From: Minisyncoccia bacterium
GTDB taxonomy: Bacteria > Patescibacteriota > Minisyncoccia > Phycocordibacterales > UBA918
Assembly (NCBI GenBank): GCA_964229335.1
Contig: CAXRCZ010000007.1
Location: 32,001 to 96,000 of the forward strand
Length of the DNA stretch: 64,000 nucleotides
Direction of reading: 5' to 3'
Under the pieces are notes generated by a model, which was not told the DNA's origin, did no database searches, and saw only the letters and a list, made by a program, of their open reading frames with translations. Below, one piece after another: positions 1-9,852 of the stretch (position 1 is the first letter of the stretch; every line of letters begins with the position of its first letter). The position numbers and the translations under genes were made by a program.

Positions 1-883
1 CGTCAGCTTGGATGCCTGACTCGACCAACTCGCGTACGTTTATACCGAGATTAACGAACGCAAACAAGCCGAGGATGGTTGGCAGAAACCAGGTTGCAAA
101 CACCCGTTCGATGCGCTCTGAAGTTGATTCTCCAGATTCATCAAACGGAGCCGCTACCCCAGCGACGACACCCGCCAAGGTCGGATGAATACCCGCCTTA
201 TAAAACAGATACCAGAGGAGTAGTGCCCCAATGAGGTAAATGCCTTTGTAGGGAGTTTTCGGTCCGAAGCCGAGCCAGAGCAGAACGACCGAAACCAGTA
301 TGCCGTACAGCAAAAAGGTCAGGTCGATCTGGTCGGTGTAGAACACCGCGATGACGAGAATGCCGAAAACATCATCCACCACCGCCAAGAGCAGCAGGAT
401 AGTTCGTTGCGTCTTGTCGACTTTCAACACCTCGGCGAAGAGAAGCGCAAACGCAATATCAGTCGCCATCGGAATGCCGAAGATAGTCGAGGCGTAGTCG
501 GGAGCGATCACCGCCGACAGAATTGCTGGCAAGCAGACGCCACCAGCAGCTGCGATGAACGGCACTGATGCACTCGACACACTCGGAAACTGACTGAGCT
601 CACGTCTGACTTCTGTCCCCACGACGAGGAAGAAGAACATCATGAGAAAGTCATTGACGAAAAAGTGCACATCCGGTTGACCCGATATAGTGACTGACCC
701 CATCGTCAGACCGAAATTCAGCACCCCATGAACAATGTCGTGGTACAAGTGCGACCAGCCGAGCACGACTACGCCGATGTTTGCCAGAATGAATCCTGCA
801 GGACCCCACGTAATCATCCACGGAAGGTGGTTGGTGAGCCACTGAATCGGCAGCGGAACATTTTCATTTATTTGAGCAGACAA
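1..883 (-). CDS. nhaA: Na+/H+ antiporter NhaA, 5' part (runs off the window edge)
   Basis: Mirror of 61834..62716; includes the PMATDIAFA and LAVVDD motifs. Confidence 0.88.
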   Translation of the reverse strand, partial: MSAQINENVPLPIQWLTNHLPWMITWGPAGFILANIGVVVLGWSHLYHDIVHGVLNFGLTMGSVTISGQPDVHFFVNDFLMMFFFLVVGTEVRRELSQFPSVSSASVPFIAAAGGVCLPAILSAVIAPDYASTIFGIPMATDIAFALLFAEVLKVDKTQRTILLLLAVVDDVFGILVIAVFYTDQIDLTFLLYGILVSVVLLWLGFGPKTPYKGIYLIGALLLWYLFYKAGIHPTLAGVVAGVAAPFDESGESTSERIERVFATWFLPTILGLFAFVNLGINVRELVESGIQAD

Positions 884-1001
884 TTAAGCCTCCTTTGTAG
901 ATAGTGTGTGAATGTGAAAGAACAGGCATCCGTCCGGATACTTCTTCATTCACATCCGGTGAAGGCGCTACAATAACACCTAAATTTAAGGCTGTACAGA
1001 T

Positions 1002-1025
1002 AGAGGCGACCAATTGGTCGCCTCT
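1002..1025. terminator. 24-bp perfect palindrome just downstream of the ABC transporter stop
   Basis: AGAGGCGACCAATTGGTCGCCTCT is its own reverse complement. No clear U tract. Confidence 0.55.
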
Positions 1026-1029
1026 CTAA

Positions 1030-2808
1030 CTACTCTTCATCGGTGAGAAATCCTCCGGCCTGATGCTCCCAGAGTCTTTGGTAGATACCACCCTGCTGTG
1101 AGAGTTCTTCATGCGTACCATCTTCAACAATCTGCCCTTCTTCGAGCACAATGATTCGATCCATTTTACGCAAAGTAGAAAGTCGGTGAGCTACTGCAAT
1201 TACAGTTTTTCCTTCCATCAATTCTTCTAATGCCTTTTGAATTGCCACTTCACTTTCACTATCGAGGGCTGAAGTCGCTTCATCAAGAACTAATATCGGT
1301 GCATCTTTTAACATAGCTCTAGCAATGGCAACACGCTGTTTTTGACCACCCGAAAGCTTCACTCCTCTCTCCCCAACCAATGTCTCATAGCCATTCGGCA
1401 AAGTAGTAATGAAGTTGTGAGCTTGAGCTTTTTTCGCAACTGCGATGATTTCTACCTCAGTAGCACCAGGCTTGCCATACGCAATGTTGTCTCTAATAGA
1501 GCGATGGAACAGAAGTGGCTCCTGTGGTACTACCGCAATATGCTCTCGGAGTGAATCTTGAGTCACTATAGCTATGTTATGACTGTCGATATTGATTGAA
1601 CCTGCGCTGACATCGTGCTGACGTAATAGGAGCGAAACAAAAGTCGTCTTTCCAGCTCCCGAATGCCCCACTAAACCTAGTCTCTGGCCCGCTGGTATCT
1701 TAAGATTAAAATCTTTAAAGACCGGCACGCCTTCATAATCAAACGAAACATAGTCCCATGAGATATCTGCCCTATCAATTTTAAGAGACCGGGCTCTTGG
1801 ATCATCTTCTATTTCGATTGGTAATAATGTTTGCTCCAAACCTTCTTGAATTTCTCCGTATAATCTTACAAATTGATTGATAGAGCCTCCGATAAAAGTA
1901 AGGGTACCAACAAGATTAAAAACCAGAGCTGAAACTAAGACAAAATCTCCGGTAGTAACATTACCGGCTTGCCAGTTCAATACTAAAACAAGCATCATGA
2001 GAAATATACCAACCGTGATGACAACCCCATTAGCAACAAGAATCCATTCACTAATACTCCACTGTTTCAAATCTGCACTTCTTACGTCGTCGGCATGAGC
2101 TGACACATCTTCTAGCTCACTTGTACTGCGAGTGTATTGTCGTGTGGCAGCAATATTAGTTAATAGGTCAACGGTATAACCTTTGAGCTTAGTCTTTTTC
2201 TCTGCCCAGGAGACTACGTGAGGTCTACGTATTCGAGCCAAATATACATTCAGTGGTACCAGAATCAACAGCATAACAGTGAAGACACTCCCGGCTATCA
2301 CGTGGGTTGTAAAAATCAAAAAACCAGAAAAAACAAAACTAAGAAGTGTTGGTACATGACGCCAAAGAATCTGGTCTGAAAGATCAGTAATCCCATCAGA
2401 GGCGTTTGAGACTTTACTCGAAACCGAACCTGCAAAACGATTGGCAAAATATGTGTGGCTATGTTGCACTACATGGCGGTATAAAACTCGGTAGGATCTG
2501 GCTTGTAACCTGGTAATCCAACGCATCCCGGTGAATCCACTCAAACGCCAAAACATTGACTCAAATCCGATTAAAACCGGCACTGCCATGACTAGCCAAA
2601 ATACCAATTGTTGTTGCTCGGAAGTTTCGGCTATAAGCGCATTGTCTACAATAAGTTTTAAAGTGTATGGCACAGCCAATCCCAACAGTTGAGCAATTAC
2701 AACCCAGGCCAGCGAAAGTAAGGCGATATATCGAAATGGCCTAAGGATGTATAAGCCATAGCTTAGTGGGGTTTTTGGAATGTCTCGTTGTTGCTTGATT
2801 TGAGCCAT
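1030..2808 (-). CDS. ABC transporter, fused permease and ATP-binding domain (MsbA/MdlB-like exporter)
   Basis: N-terminal transmembrane helices; Walker A GHSGAGKT, signature LSGGQKQR, Walker B ILVLDEATSALD, H-loop VAHRLST. Confidence 0.95.
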   Translation of the reverse strand: MAQIKQQRDIPKTPLSYGLYILRPFRYIALLSLAWVVIAQLLGLAVPYTLKLIVDNALIAETSEQQQLVFWLVMAVPVLIGFESMFWRLSGFTGMRWITRLQARSYRVLYRHVVQHSHTYFANRFAGSVSSKVSNASDGITDLSDQILWRHVPTLLSFVFSGFLIFTTHVIAGSVFTVMLLILVPLNVYLARIRRPHVVSWAEKKTKLKGYTVDLLTNIAATRQYTRSTSELEDVSAHADDVRSADLKQWSISEWILVANGVVITVGIFLMMLVLVLNWQAGNVTTGDFVLVSALVFNLVGTLTFIGGSINQFVRLYGEIQEGLEQTLLPIEIEDDPRARSLKIDRADISWDYVSFDYEGVPVFKDFNLKIPAGQRLGLVGHSGAGKTTFVSLLLRQHDVSAGSINIDSHNIAIVTQDSLREHIAVVPQEPLLFHRSIRDNIAYGKPGATEVEIIAVAKKAQAHNFITTLPNGYETLVGERGVKLSGGQKQRVAIARAMLKDAPILVLDEATSALDSESEVAIQKALEELMEGKTVIAVAHRLSTLRKMDRIIVLEEGQIVEDGTHEELSQQGGIYQRLWEHQAGGFLTDEE

Positions 2809-2863
2809 AATAATTTGATGATTTTAACATTATTACACGACATTTGATGCTAATTGATGTATC

Positions 2864-3766
2864 TTGATAAATATGAACCCAGAACAAGCGGCTATAAGAA
2901 ATCTAGATAGAAGAAAGCGAACTGATGATATACAAGAAGCAGCCGATAAACTATTGAGAAATTCGGAACATGTTCATCAGATACTCAATGAATTAGCATT
3001 TCAACCAGAAGATTTTTCTAACCTCTATGGCGCCGACAGTATCAAAGATGACCTTAGGTATGTAAGAAACCGTCATGAAGATTTCCGGGACAGTGATCGA
3101 GTAGCTGTTACAGAAGATTTAACACGCGGCGACATCAGGAAACTAGCTGAGCGAGTAGAATATGAAGTGATTCGAGGGATTAATGCCGGACACTGGTTTG
3201 AAGGTATGGGAGCACACAAGACGTCTGAGTATGACGATATCAAAAATGGCGTTGATATCGTTCTTGAAACACTAGAAGGAAACTCATATGGTCACCTTGG
3301 ACTAGGTGTTGATGTAACCTTCTCAAAAGATGTGCTTGCTAAATTTAGACGAATTAAAGATGAGATAGATGCCTACGACGGCAAGGACAATAGATTGGCA
3401 GTGGTTAAATACTTTTCTTCCGAAAACACGGGTGTTAGAGGTGAGCTGCACAGTATGGCTCGTGCAGTAGTGGCTGTTGATTTGCCAATGTTGCGTGACA
3501 TGACCAGACTGAAAGACGCTGATGCTCTACATGACCACATATCTAAGCACGTCACAATTTTAGAAATTGTAGAGCAGCTGACTACTTTCATCGAGTATGC
3601 CAACGAGAAAAATCCAGCTGCTGCAAAGCATCTTCAGCGTTCATTAGATTTCGTGAGGAGTATCGCGGATAAACTGGACTCTGAAAGAAAGGTTGAACAA
3701 TCAGAATATTTAAAAAATCGTCGTGCTGACGAGGCAATCGAAGAAGGTTTGGCTTTGTTCAGATAA
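2864..3766 (+). CDS. Hypothetical protein, possible PD-(D/E)XK nuclease-like fold
   Basis: 300-aa ORF with acidic motif E...DDIKNGVDIVL...LGVDVT. The fold assignment is inference. Confidence 0.75.
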   Translation: MINMNPEQAAIRNLDRRKRTDDIQEAADKLLRNSEHVHQILNELAFQPEDFSNLYGADSIKDDLRYVRNRHEDFRDSDRVAVTEDLTRGDIRKLAERVEYEVIRGINAGHWFEGMGAHKTSEYDDIKNGVDIVLETLEGNSYGHLGLGVDVTFSKDVLAKFRRIKDEIDAYDGKDNRLAVVKYFSSENTGVRGELHSMARAVVAVDLPMLRDMTRLKDADALHDHISKHVTILEIVEQLTTFIEYANEKNPAAAKHLQRSLDFVRSIADKLDSERKVEQSEYLKNRRADEAIEEGLALFR

Positions 3767-3791
3767 TAAGTATACTAATAGCCACCTATTT

Positions 3792-3864
3792 GTCCGGTTA
3801 GCTCAGCTGGTAGAGCGCTACATTGACATTGTAGAGGTCACAAGTTCAAGTCTTGTACCGGACA
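3792..3864 (+). tRNA. tRNA-Val(GAC)
   Basis: Acceptor stem GTCCGGT/ACCGGAC; anticodon arm CTACA-TTGACAT-TGTAG; T arm ACAAG-TTCAAGT-CTTGT. CCA not encoded. Confidence 0.96.
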
Positions 3865-3871
3865 CAAAATT

Positions 3872-4753
3872 TTAAATATTTTTAGTAGCTATTTTAGCCG
3901 CTGTAATTGCACCTTCTTTTGAATCACACACAAACAAGAATCCACCCTTATGACAAAATTGGGCCCCTTCAATTCCACTGACATTAATTAATTCTTGATT
4001 GCTGAGACCTGCCCAAGAAGAAGGAAATTTGACCCTGGTTTCAAATGATTCACCTCTTACAGGTACAGTGCTAGCCCTCCATTTTGTTGAATCATTAGGA
4101 GAAGGTGAGACCACCACTAAAGGCTCTTCGTATTCATTAAATAATCCTCTGCTGATCGATTGTGGTGAGACTATGATACTTTTATCAGTTGCGGCTATAT
4201 ACAATTCCTCAGCTTTCTTTTTTTCTTCTTCAATGTGTTCTCCATGCTTTATTATTCTTTCCACATAACACCGAGCAAAATCAACCGCTTGTAGAAATGC
4301 TTCATAATATTCAACGTCTGTTGCAATACCGATTGGGTGATACGATGACACGACTGCATACAACTCAGTTGGTTTTACTCCAATTTCGTTGACTTTATAC
4401 AACTCTAAACCGTTATCTCCAGCGTCAATTGGTTGCACCAATGTCTCTTCTATATGACTGGCGATAGACTCATCAACCAATTGTTGCGAATATTCTTTCC
4501 ATACCAAACCGAAAGCGGCATAAGGAATACTGTTAGGTCGAACTGGGCCATCTGTTTGATGGTGATCAAACCTATTTGATTGTGGATCATATACTCCACC
4601 TACATCCACTACAATGTCTGCACTAGTAATGATGGATTCTTCTCTGGTGCGAATAATTTCTATCTCTTCTTTGCCGTACACTAATTGGAGTGTTGCAATG
4701 GCAAACACTTCATCGCTGTGGAAGCTTCCGTTATGAGTTACTACAGTTTTCAT
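3872..4753 (-). CDS. MYG1 family (DHH superfamily) hydrolase/exonuclease
   Basis: THNGSFHSDE, VVDVGGVYD, RFDHHQ and FCHKGGF motifs. Start moved to MKTVVTH (the ORF extends to 4795). Confidence 0.9.
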   Translation of the reverse strand: MKTVVTHNGSFHSDEVFAIATLQLVYGKEEIEIIRTREESIITSADIVVDVGGVYDPQSNRFDHHQTDGPVRPNSIPYAAFGLVWKEYSQQLVDESIASHIEETLVQPIDAGDNGLELYKVNEIGVKPTELYAVVSSYHPIGIATDVEYYEAFLQAVDFARCYVERIIKHGEHIEEEKKKAEELYIAATDKSIIVSPQSISRGLFNEYEEPLVVVSPSPNDSTKWRASTVPVRGESFETRVKFPSSWAGLSNQELINVSGIEGAQFCHKGGFLFVCDSKEGAITAAKIATKNI

Positions 4754-4811
4754 TTGCATTTGACGATACCATAGTTTTGCCAAGCCAGTAAGCATTATAT
4801 ATAGTACTAAA

Positions 4812-5984
4812 ATGCGAATCCTTTCGATTGAGACATCATGTGACGAAACTGCTATTAGTTTGATAGAAGCAACTGGTGAGTTTCCGCACGCTACCTACGA
4901 AATACTAGGAAATTGCTTATGGAGCCAGGTGGATATTCACCGTGAATACGGTGGCGTGTTCCCTCGTCTGGCTAAACGAGAGCATGTTGCCACTATCGTC
5001 CCAATTCTAAAAAACACCCTAGAAGAAGCTGATGAGCTACACACCGATTCAATCGACATAGAAAGTACTAAAGAACAAGCGGTGAGGAAGATTCTGGAGC
5101 GTGAGCCTGGACTGGCTGATTCACTACTTGAATTTGCACGTAATCATTCACTTGTCGAAATAGACATTATTGCTGTCACCAATGGTCCTGGCTTGGAGCC
5201 TGCGTTGTGGGTGGGAGTGAACTTTGCTCGCGCACTGGCACTCTTGTGGAATATTCCGGTAGTTCCAACCAATCACATGGAAGGACACGTATTAGCTAGT
5301 GTGTACGATAGCGATCGTGATGACCAGCTCTCAGACATCACCTTCCCTGCTATCAGTCTGCTTATTTCTGGTGGACATACCGAGCTCATAGCCATGGATG
5401 ATTGGCAAAGCTACAAAAAAGTTGGCCAAACGAGAGACGATGCGGTTGGCGAAGCGTTTGATAAAGTCGCTCGTTTACTCGGACTTCCCTATCCCGGTGG
5501 ACCTGAAATTGGCAAACAAGCCAAGGTTGCCAGAGTAAACAACTTACCAGCTTTTGCTGACTTACCGAAGCCAATGTTGCAGTCTGGTGACTTGGATTTT
5601 TCGTTTTCAGGCTTAAAGACGGCCGTGCGCTATGCAGTGCAGGAGAAAGAATTGAGCGAGACTGACATACAAGCAATCGCTAGAGATTTTGAAGATGTGG
5701 TGACAGAAGTGCTCATAAAGAAAACTGCTGCCGCAAGTAAACAAACTCAAGCCAAAACTCTGATTGTTGGCGGTGGAGTGAGTGCCAATCAACACATCAA
5801 GCACGAATTTGAAAAATATTTCTTAGAGCATTTACCCGATGTCACTGTGTACTTTCCAGCGCCTTCCCTATCTACTGATAACAGTATAATGATTGCTTTA
5901 GCTGGCCACGCGAGAGCCGGCAGTGCGATTGCACCGGACGCATCGGATGTTATCCGCGCTGATGGAAATAAATCATTGGCGTAA
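4812..5984 (+). CDS. tsaD: tRNA N6-threonylcarbamoyltransferase TsaD
   Basis: LSIETSCDET, NHMEGH, LLISGGHT, TRDDAVGEAFDK and STDNSIMIA motifs. Confidence 0.96.
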   Translation: MRILSIETSCDETAISLIEATGEFPHATYEILGNCLWSQVDIHREYGGVFPRLAKREHVATIVPILKNTLEEADELHTDSIDIESTKEQAVRKILEREPGLADSLLEFARNHSLVEIDIIAVTNGPGLEPALWVGVNFARALALLWNIPVVPTNHMEGHVLASVYDSDRDDQLSDITFPAISLLISGGHTELIAMDDWQSYKKVGQTRDDAVGEAFDKVARLLGLPYPGGPEIGKQAKVARVNNLPAFADLPKPMLQSGDLDFSFSGLKTAVRYAVQEKELSETDIQAIARDFEDVVTEVLIKKTAAASKQTQAKTLIVGGGVSANQHIKHEFEKYFLEHLPDVTVYFPAPSLSTDNSIMIALAGHARAGSAIAPDASDVIRADGNKSLA

Positions 5985-6031
5985 TGAATAACTTCAATCT
6001 AGCTTCTTTTCATGCTACCATCGCTTAATAT

Positions 6032-8245
6032 ATGAGTGAAAACAAGCCTCAAATACCGGAGATATTTTTATCTCCTTACAATCCAGATGAACACGAAAGT
6101 GCGCTGTATGACGCTTGGGAAACATCTGGCTATTTTAATCCTGACACCTGCATCGAGAAAACTGTGTCTGATGAAAAAAAGGATCCTTTTTCTATTGTTC
6201 TCCCCCCACCAAATGTAACCGGGACGCTTCACATGGGGCACGCGGCTATGCTTGCCATCGAAGATATTCTTGTTCGATATAACCGCATGCAAGGACGACC
6301 AACTCTTTGGGTACCAGGCACCGACTCTGCAGCTCTGGCTACGCAGAGTAAGGTTGAAAGCATTATCTACAAAAAAGAAAAGAAGCGTCGAGATGAAATT
6401 GGACGCGAAGAACTTCTAAAACAAGTTGCTGCTTTTGCCGAAGAGAGTAAGGAAACTATTATCGACCAAACCAAGCGCATGGGCGCCAGCATGGATTGGA
6501 GTCGTTACGCTTACACCCTAGACGAAAAACGATACAACGCAGTTACTGAGGCTTTTATCCGAATGTACAACGATGGATTGATTTATCGCGGGGCCAGAAT
6601 AGTTAATTGGGATCCGGCCATGCACACGACAGTGTCAGATGATGAAGTGGCGTACGTGGAGCAAACTGATCCGTTCTACTATTTCAAGTATGGCCCTTTC
6701 ACTATCGGTACAGTTCGTCCAGAAACCAAATTTGGCGACAAATACGTGGTGATGCACCCGGATGACAAACGCTATTCACAATACAAACACAAACAAGAAA
6801 TTGAAGTGGAATGGATTAATGGACCAATTACCGCCACTATCATAAAAGATGAGGCTGCAGACCCTGAAATGGGTTCAGGTGTGATGACAATCACCCCGGC
6901 GCACTCTCTAGTCGATTTTGAAATTGCTGAGCGGCATAGTCTTGACTACGAACCAATCATTGATGAGCGAGGTTGTTTGTTAGATATTGCCGGAGACTTT
7001 GCTGGCATGCATATTAAGAAAGCTCGCCCTCTCTTGGTGGAGAAGATGCAAGAAAAAGGACTAGTTGAAAAAATTGATGAGCAGTATGTTCATAGCATTG
7101 CTACCAATGAACGTGGAGGTGGCGTGATTGAACCACAAATCAAAGAACAATGGTTTATTGATGTGAACAAGACGTTCACCATGGGTGAATCGAGTATTCC
7201 TGGTATCAACCAAGGTGATCAGGTATCACTCAAACAACTCATGCTGGCTGCAGTTGAGAACGGCGGAATCGATATCTTTCCAGATAGATTCAAAAAAATC
7301 TATTTCCACTGGATTCACAATCTGCGTGATTGGTGTATCTCACGGCAAATCTGGTATGGCCACCGGATTCCCGTTTGGTACAAGGGTGACGAGAAAACGG
7401 TATCAAAATCTTCCCCCGGCGAGGGCTGGACACAAGACCCAGATACGCTAGACACGTGGTTTTCATCGGGATTATGGACCTTCTCAACCTTAGGCTGGCC
7501 AGAACAAACCGAAGATTTGAAACGCTATCATCCCACCACTGTACTTGAGACCGGTTACGACATCATTTTCTTCTGGGTTGCCAGAATGGTATTGATGAGC
7601 ACGTATCTATTAGGAGAAGTACCATTTAGGAACGTATACTTGCACGGATTAGTCCGAGACGAAAAAGGGCAAAAGATGAGCAAGTCACTCGGAAATATCA
7701 TTAACCCAATTGAGATGATTGATAAATATGGCGCTGACGCCACTCGCCTATCACTCATCATTGGTGCTGCCCCAGGCAATGACATGCCACTTAATGAAGA
7801 CAAAGTTCGTGGTTATAAGAAATTTGCTAATAAAGTATGGAATATTAGTCGCTTTGTGCTGACCTCAATTGCTGATACCGACTGGGCACAATCTCCAAAC
7901 CTAAGTGAACGTGATAATGAAATTCTTACTGACTTACAAAACACGGTTGATGAAGTAGCCAACGATATCGAGTCATTCAACTTATACCTTGCAGCTGATA
8001 AAGCCTATCACTATGTCTGGCACGAATTAGCTGACAATATTCTTGAAGAATCAAAGCCGATACTTAATGGCGAGGATAATGAAGCTAAACGCGCTCGTCA
8101 GGAGGTACTCAAAGAATGTTTGACCAAATCACTCAAAATGCTCCACCCATTTATGCCGTATGTCACAGAGACAATCTGGCAAAATGCACCCGAAGAAATG
8201 AAGCAGAGAGAATTTCTGATGATAGAAAGCTGGCCGACTAACTAA
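6032..8245 (+). CDS. valS: Valine--tRNA ligase (short form, no C-terminal coiled-coil arm)
   Basis: PPPNVTGTLHMGH, DWCISRQIWYGHRIP, DTWFSS and KMSKS motifs. Confidence 0.96.
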   Translation: MSENKPQIPEIFLSPYNPDEHESALYDAWETSGYFNPDTCIEKTVSDEKKDPFSIVLPPPNVTGTLHMGHAAMLAIEDILVRYNRMQGRPTLWVPGTDSAALATQSKVESIIYKKEKKRRDEIGREELLKQVAAFAEESKETIIDQTKRMGASMDWSRYAYTLDEKRYNAVTEAFIRMYNDGLIYRGARIVNWDPAMHTTVSDDEVAYVEQTDPFYYFKYGPFTIGTVRPETKFGDKYVVMHPDDKRYSQYKHKQEIEVEWINGPITATIIKDEAADPEMGSGVMTITPAHSLVDFEIAERHSLDYEPIIDERGCLLDIAGDFAGMHIKKARPLLVEKMQEKGLVEKIDEQYVHSIATNERGGGVIEPQIKEQWFIDVNKTFTMGESSIPGINQGDQVSLKQLMLAAVENGGIDIFPDRFKKIYFHWIHNLRDWCISRQIWYGHRIPVWYKGDEKTVSKSSPGEGWTQDPDTLDTWFSSGLWTFSTLGWPEQTEDLKRYHPTTVLETGYDIIFFWVARMVLMSTYLLGEVPFRNVYLHGLVRDEKGQKMSKSLGNIINPIEMIDKYGADATRLSLIIGAAPGNDMPLNEDKVRGYKKFANKVWNISRFVLTSIADTDWAQSPNLSERDNEILTDLQNTVDEVANDIESFNLYLAADKAYHYVWHELADNILEESKPILNGEDNEAKRARQEVLKECLTKSLKMLHPFMPYVTETIWQNAPEEMKQREFLMIESWPTN

Positions 8246-8257
8246 GTAGAACCATAT

Positions 8258-8292
8258 AAACAGCACGGCGTCCAAATGGTGCCGTGCTGTTT
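8258..8292 (+). terminator. Hairpin terminator after valS
   Basis: AAACAGCACGGC...GCCGTGCTGTTT, 12-bp stem. Confidence 0.65.
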
Positions 8293-8309
8293 GTTACAAT
8301 AAACAAACA

Positions 8310-9005
8310 ATGGATCCTTCGTACGTTGCCATCGCGCTATTGGCTGGACTTGTCCCTGCTCTTTTCTGGCTATGGTTTTGGTTGCGTGAAGATAAAGAGC
8401 ATCCGGAACCATATTTATTGGTAGCACTAAGTTTTTTGGCAGGAATGCTAGTGGTACCAATTGCACTACCCTTGCAAAAATACGCTATTGATATATATGA
8501 CGGAAAAACAGTGGTGCTCGTCTGGGTCATACTGGAAGAACTTCTCAAATATGCCGCCGCTTTGATAGTCATATTATGGAACAAAGAAGTGGATGAACCA
8601 ATAGATATGGTCATTTACATGATAACCATCGCACTTGGCTTTGCAGCGCTTGAAAACGCCTTGTTCATCTTTAATCCGCTGATTAGCGGTGCGTACCTTG
8701 ACTCTGCCCTTACTGGTAGCTTCCGATTTGTCGGCGCTACCCTCTTACATGTGCTAGCTTCAGCTACTGTAGGTGTATTCTTAGCTTTTGCATATTACAA
8801 GAGTCGATGGACTCAGATGTTGTTTGGAATGGTTGGGTTATTCATTGCTATCGTATTGCATGCCTTATTTAACTTTTTTATAATGAATGCAAGCGGAGAA
8901 ACTATTTTAGGAGTTTTTCTCGTCGTGTGGATGGGAGTAATACTTCTCTTTTTCCTATTTGAAAAAATAAAACGCATCCGACGACCAGCCCGTCGATTAC
9001 GATAA
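8310..9005 (+). CDS. PrsW family intramembrane protease
   Basis: Multi-TM protein with DKEHPEP, EELLK, GFAALEN, LLH and LHALFN motifs. Confidence 0.9.
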   Translation: MDPSYVAIALLAGLVPALFWLWFWLREDKEHPEPYLLVALSFLAGMLVVPIALPLQKYAIDIYDGKTVVLVWVILEELLKYAAALIVILWNKEVDEPIDMVIYMITIALGFAALENALFIFNPLISGAYLDSALTGSFRFVGATLLHVLASATVGVFLAFAYYKSRWTQMLFGMVGLFIAIVLHALFNFFIMNASGETILGVFLVVWMGVILLFFLFEKIKRIRRPARRLR

Positions 9006-9011
9006 GTACCT

Positions 9012-9527
9012 ATGAAAAAACCCTCATTTTTAGAAAGAATAACTGGCAGCAGCCAATCAGACGACTATGATCGTGTCTTGGATGATTCTCATCACTTTGG
9101 CGACGATGATGCCGACATGGATTTAAATGTCTCTTTTTCTGATGATGCTGATGAAGAATGGGAGGACTCTGTTTCAAGCAACGAACCGCGTGAGGGTGAG
9201 TTGCCGGTAGATATGTATCAAACAGACGACGATATTGTAATTCGAGCTCTAGTAGCTGGTGTTAGTCCTTCTGACTTAGATATCTCAATCACCCGCGATA
9301 TGGTTACTATCCGTGGCTCAAGAGAAGAGTTCCAAGAGGCTCACGACGATAGTTATTTCCACAGAGAATTATTTTGGGGTAGTTTTTCTCGTACCCTACT
9401 CCTACCTGAAGAAGTGGCTATTGATGAAGCTGACGCCCAAGAAAAACACGGTCTCTTAGAAATAAAGCTACCAAAACTCGATAAGCACCGCACCACGCAA
9501 CTCAAAGTGAAAGCGGGTAGTAAATAA
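9012..9527 (+). CDS. Hsp20/alpha-crystallin small heat-shock protein
   Basis: PVDMYQT...VTIRGSR...ELFWGSFSRTLLLP...GLLEIKLPK, with an acidic N-terminus. Confidence 0.92.
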   Translation: MKKPSFLERITGSSQSDDYDRVLDDSHHFGDDDADMDLNVSFSDDADEEWEDSVSSNEPREGELPVDMYQTDDDIVIRALVAGVSPSDLDISITRDMVTIRGSREEFQEAHDDSYFHRELFWGSFSRTLLLPEEVAIDEADAQEKHGLLEIKLPKLDKHRTTQLKVKAGSK

Positions 9528-9530
9528 CCA

Positions 9531-9712
9531 GTATCCTTACTAGGAATCGGGGTCAAGTTTCTAAACTCACTTCGTTCGTTAAGAACTTCCTCCCCGGACT
9601 CGCTGACAAGCCCTCGCTACGCTCGTCTTGTGTACCAGCTCCGTCTTTCGATTCCTAGTAGTGTACTACCAACAGCAACGCCCTGAACGCGTTCGTGTTC
9701 AGGGCGGCTGAT
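9531..9712 (-). repeat. tRNA-Arg-linked element (hairpin, inverted tRNA 3' copy, core, direct tRNA 3' copy)
   Basis: Inverted copy TTCGATTCCTAGT at 9647-9659; direct copy GTATCCTTACTAGGAATCG at 9531-9549 matches the tRNA at 17/19. Confidence 0.75.
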
Positions 9713-9787
9713 TGGTGTCCTCACTAGGAATCGAACCTAGATTTGCTCCTTAGGAGGGAGCCGTTTTATCCATTAAACTATAAGGAC
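9713..9787 (-). tRNA. tRNA-Arg(CCT)
   Basis: GTCCTTA...GCTCC-CTCCTAA-GGAGC...CTAGG-TTCGATT-CCTAG-TGAGGAC-A-CCA. Confidence 0.96.
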
Positions 9788-9852
9788 AATTAATTTTCCT
9801 AGAGTAGCACAAAGTCACTATAATCAACTACTCTTTTGCTATACTGGTAACT

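Noticed and set aside
6032-8245. valS as a truncated pseudogene
   Set aside because: All catalytic motifs and the anticodon-binding domain are intact, with a clean stop and terminator; only the C-terminal arm is absent.
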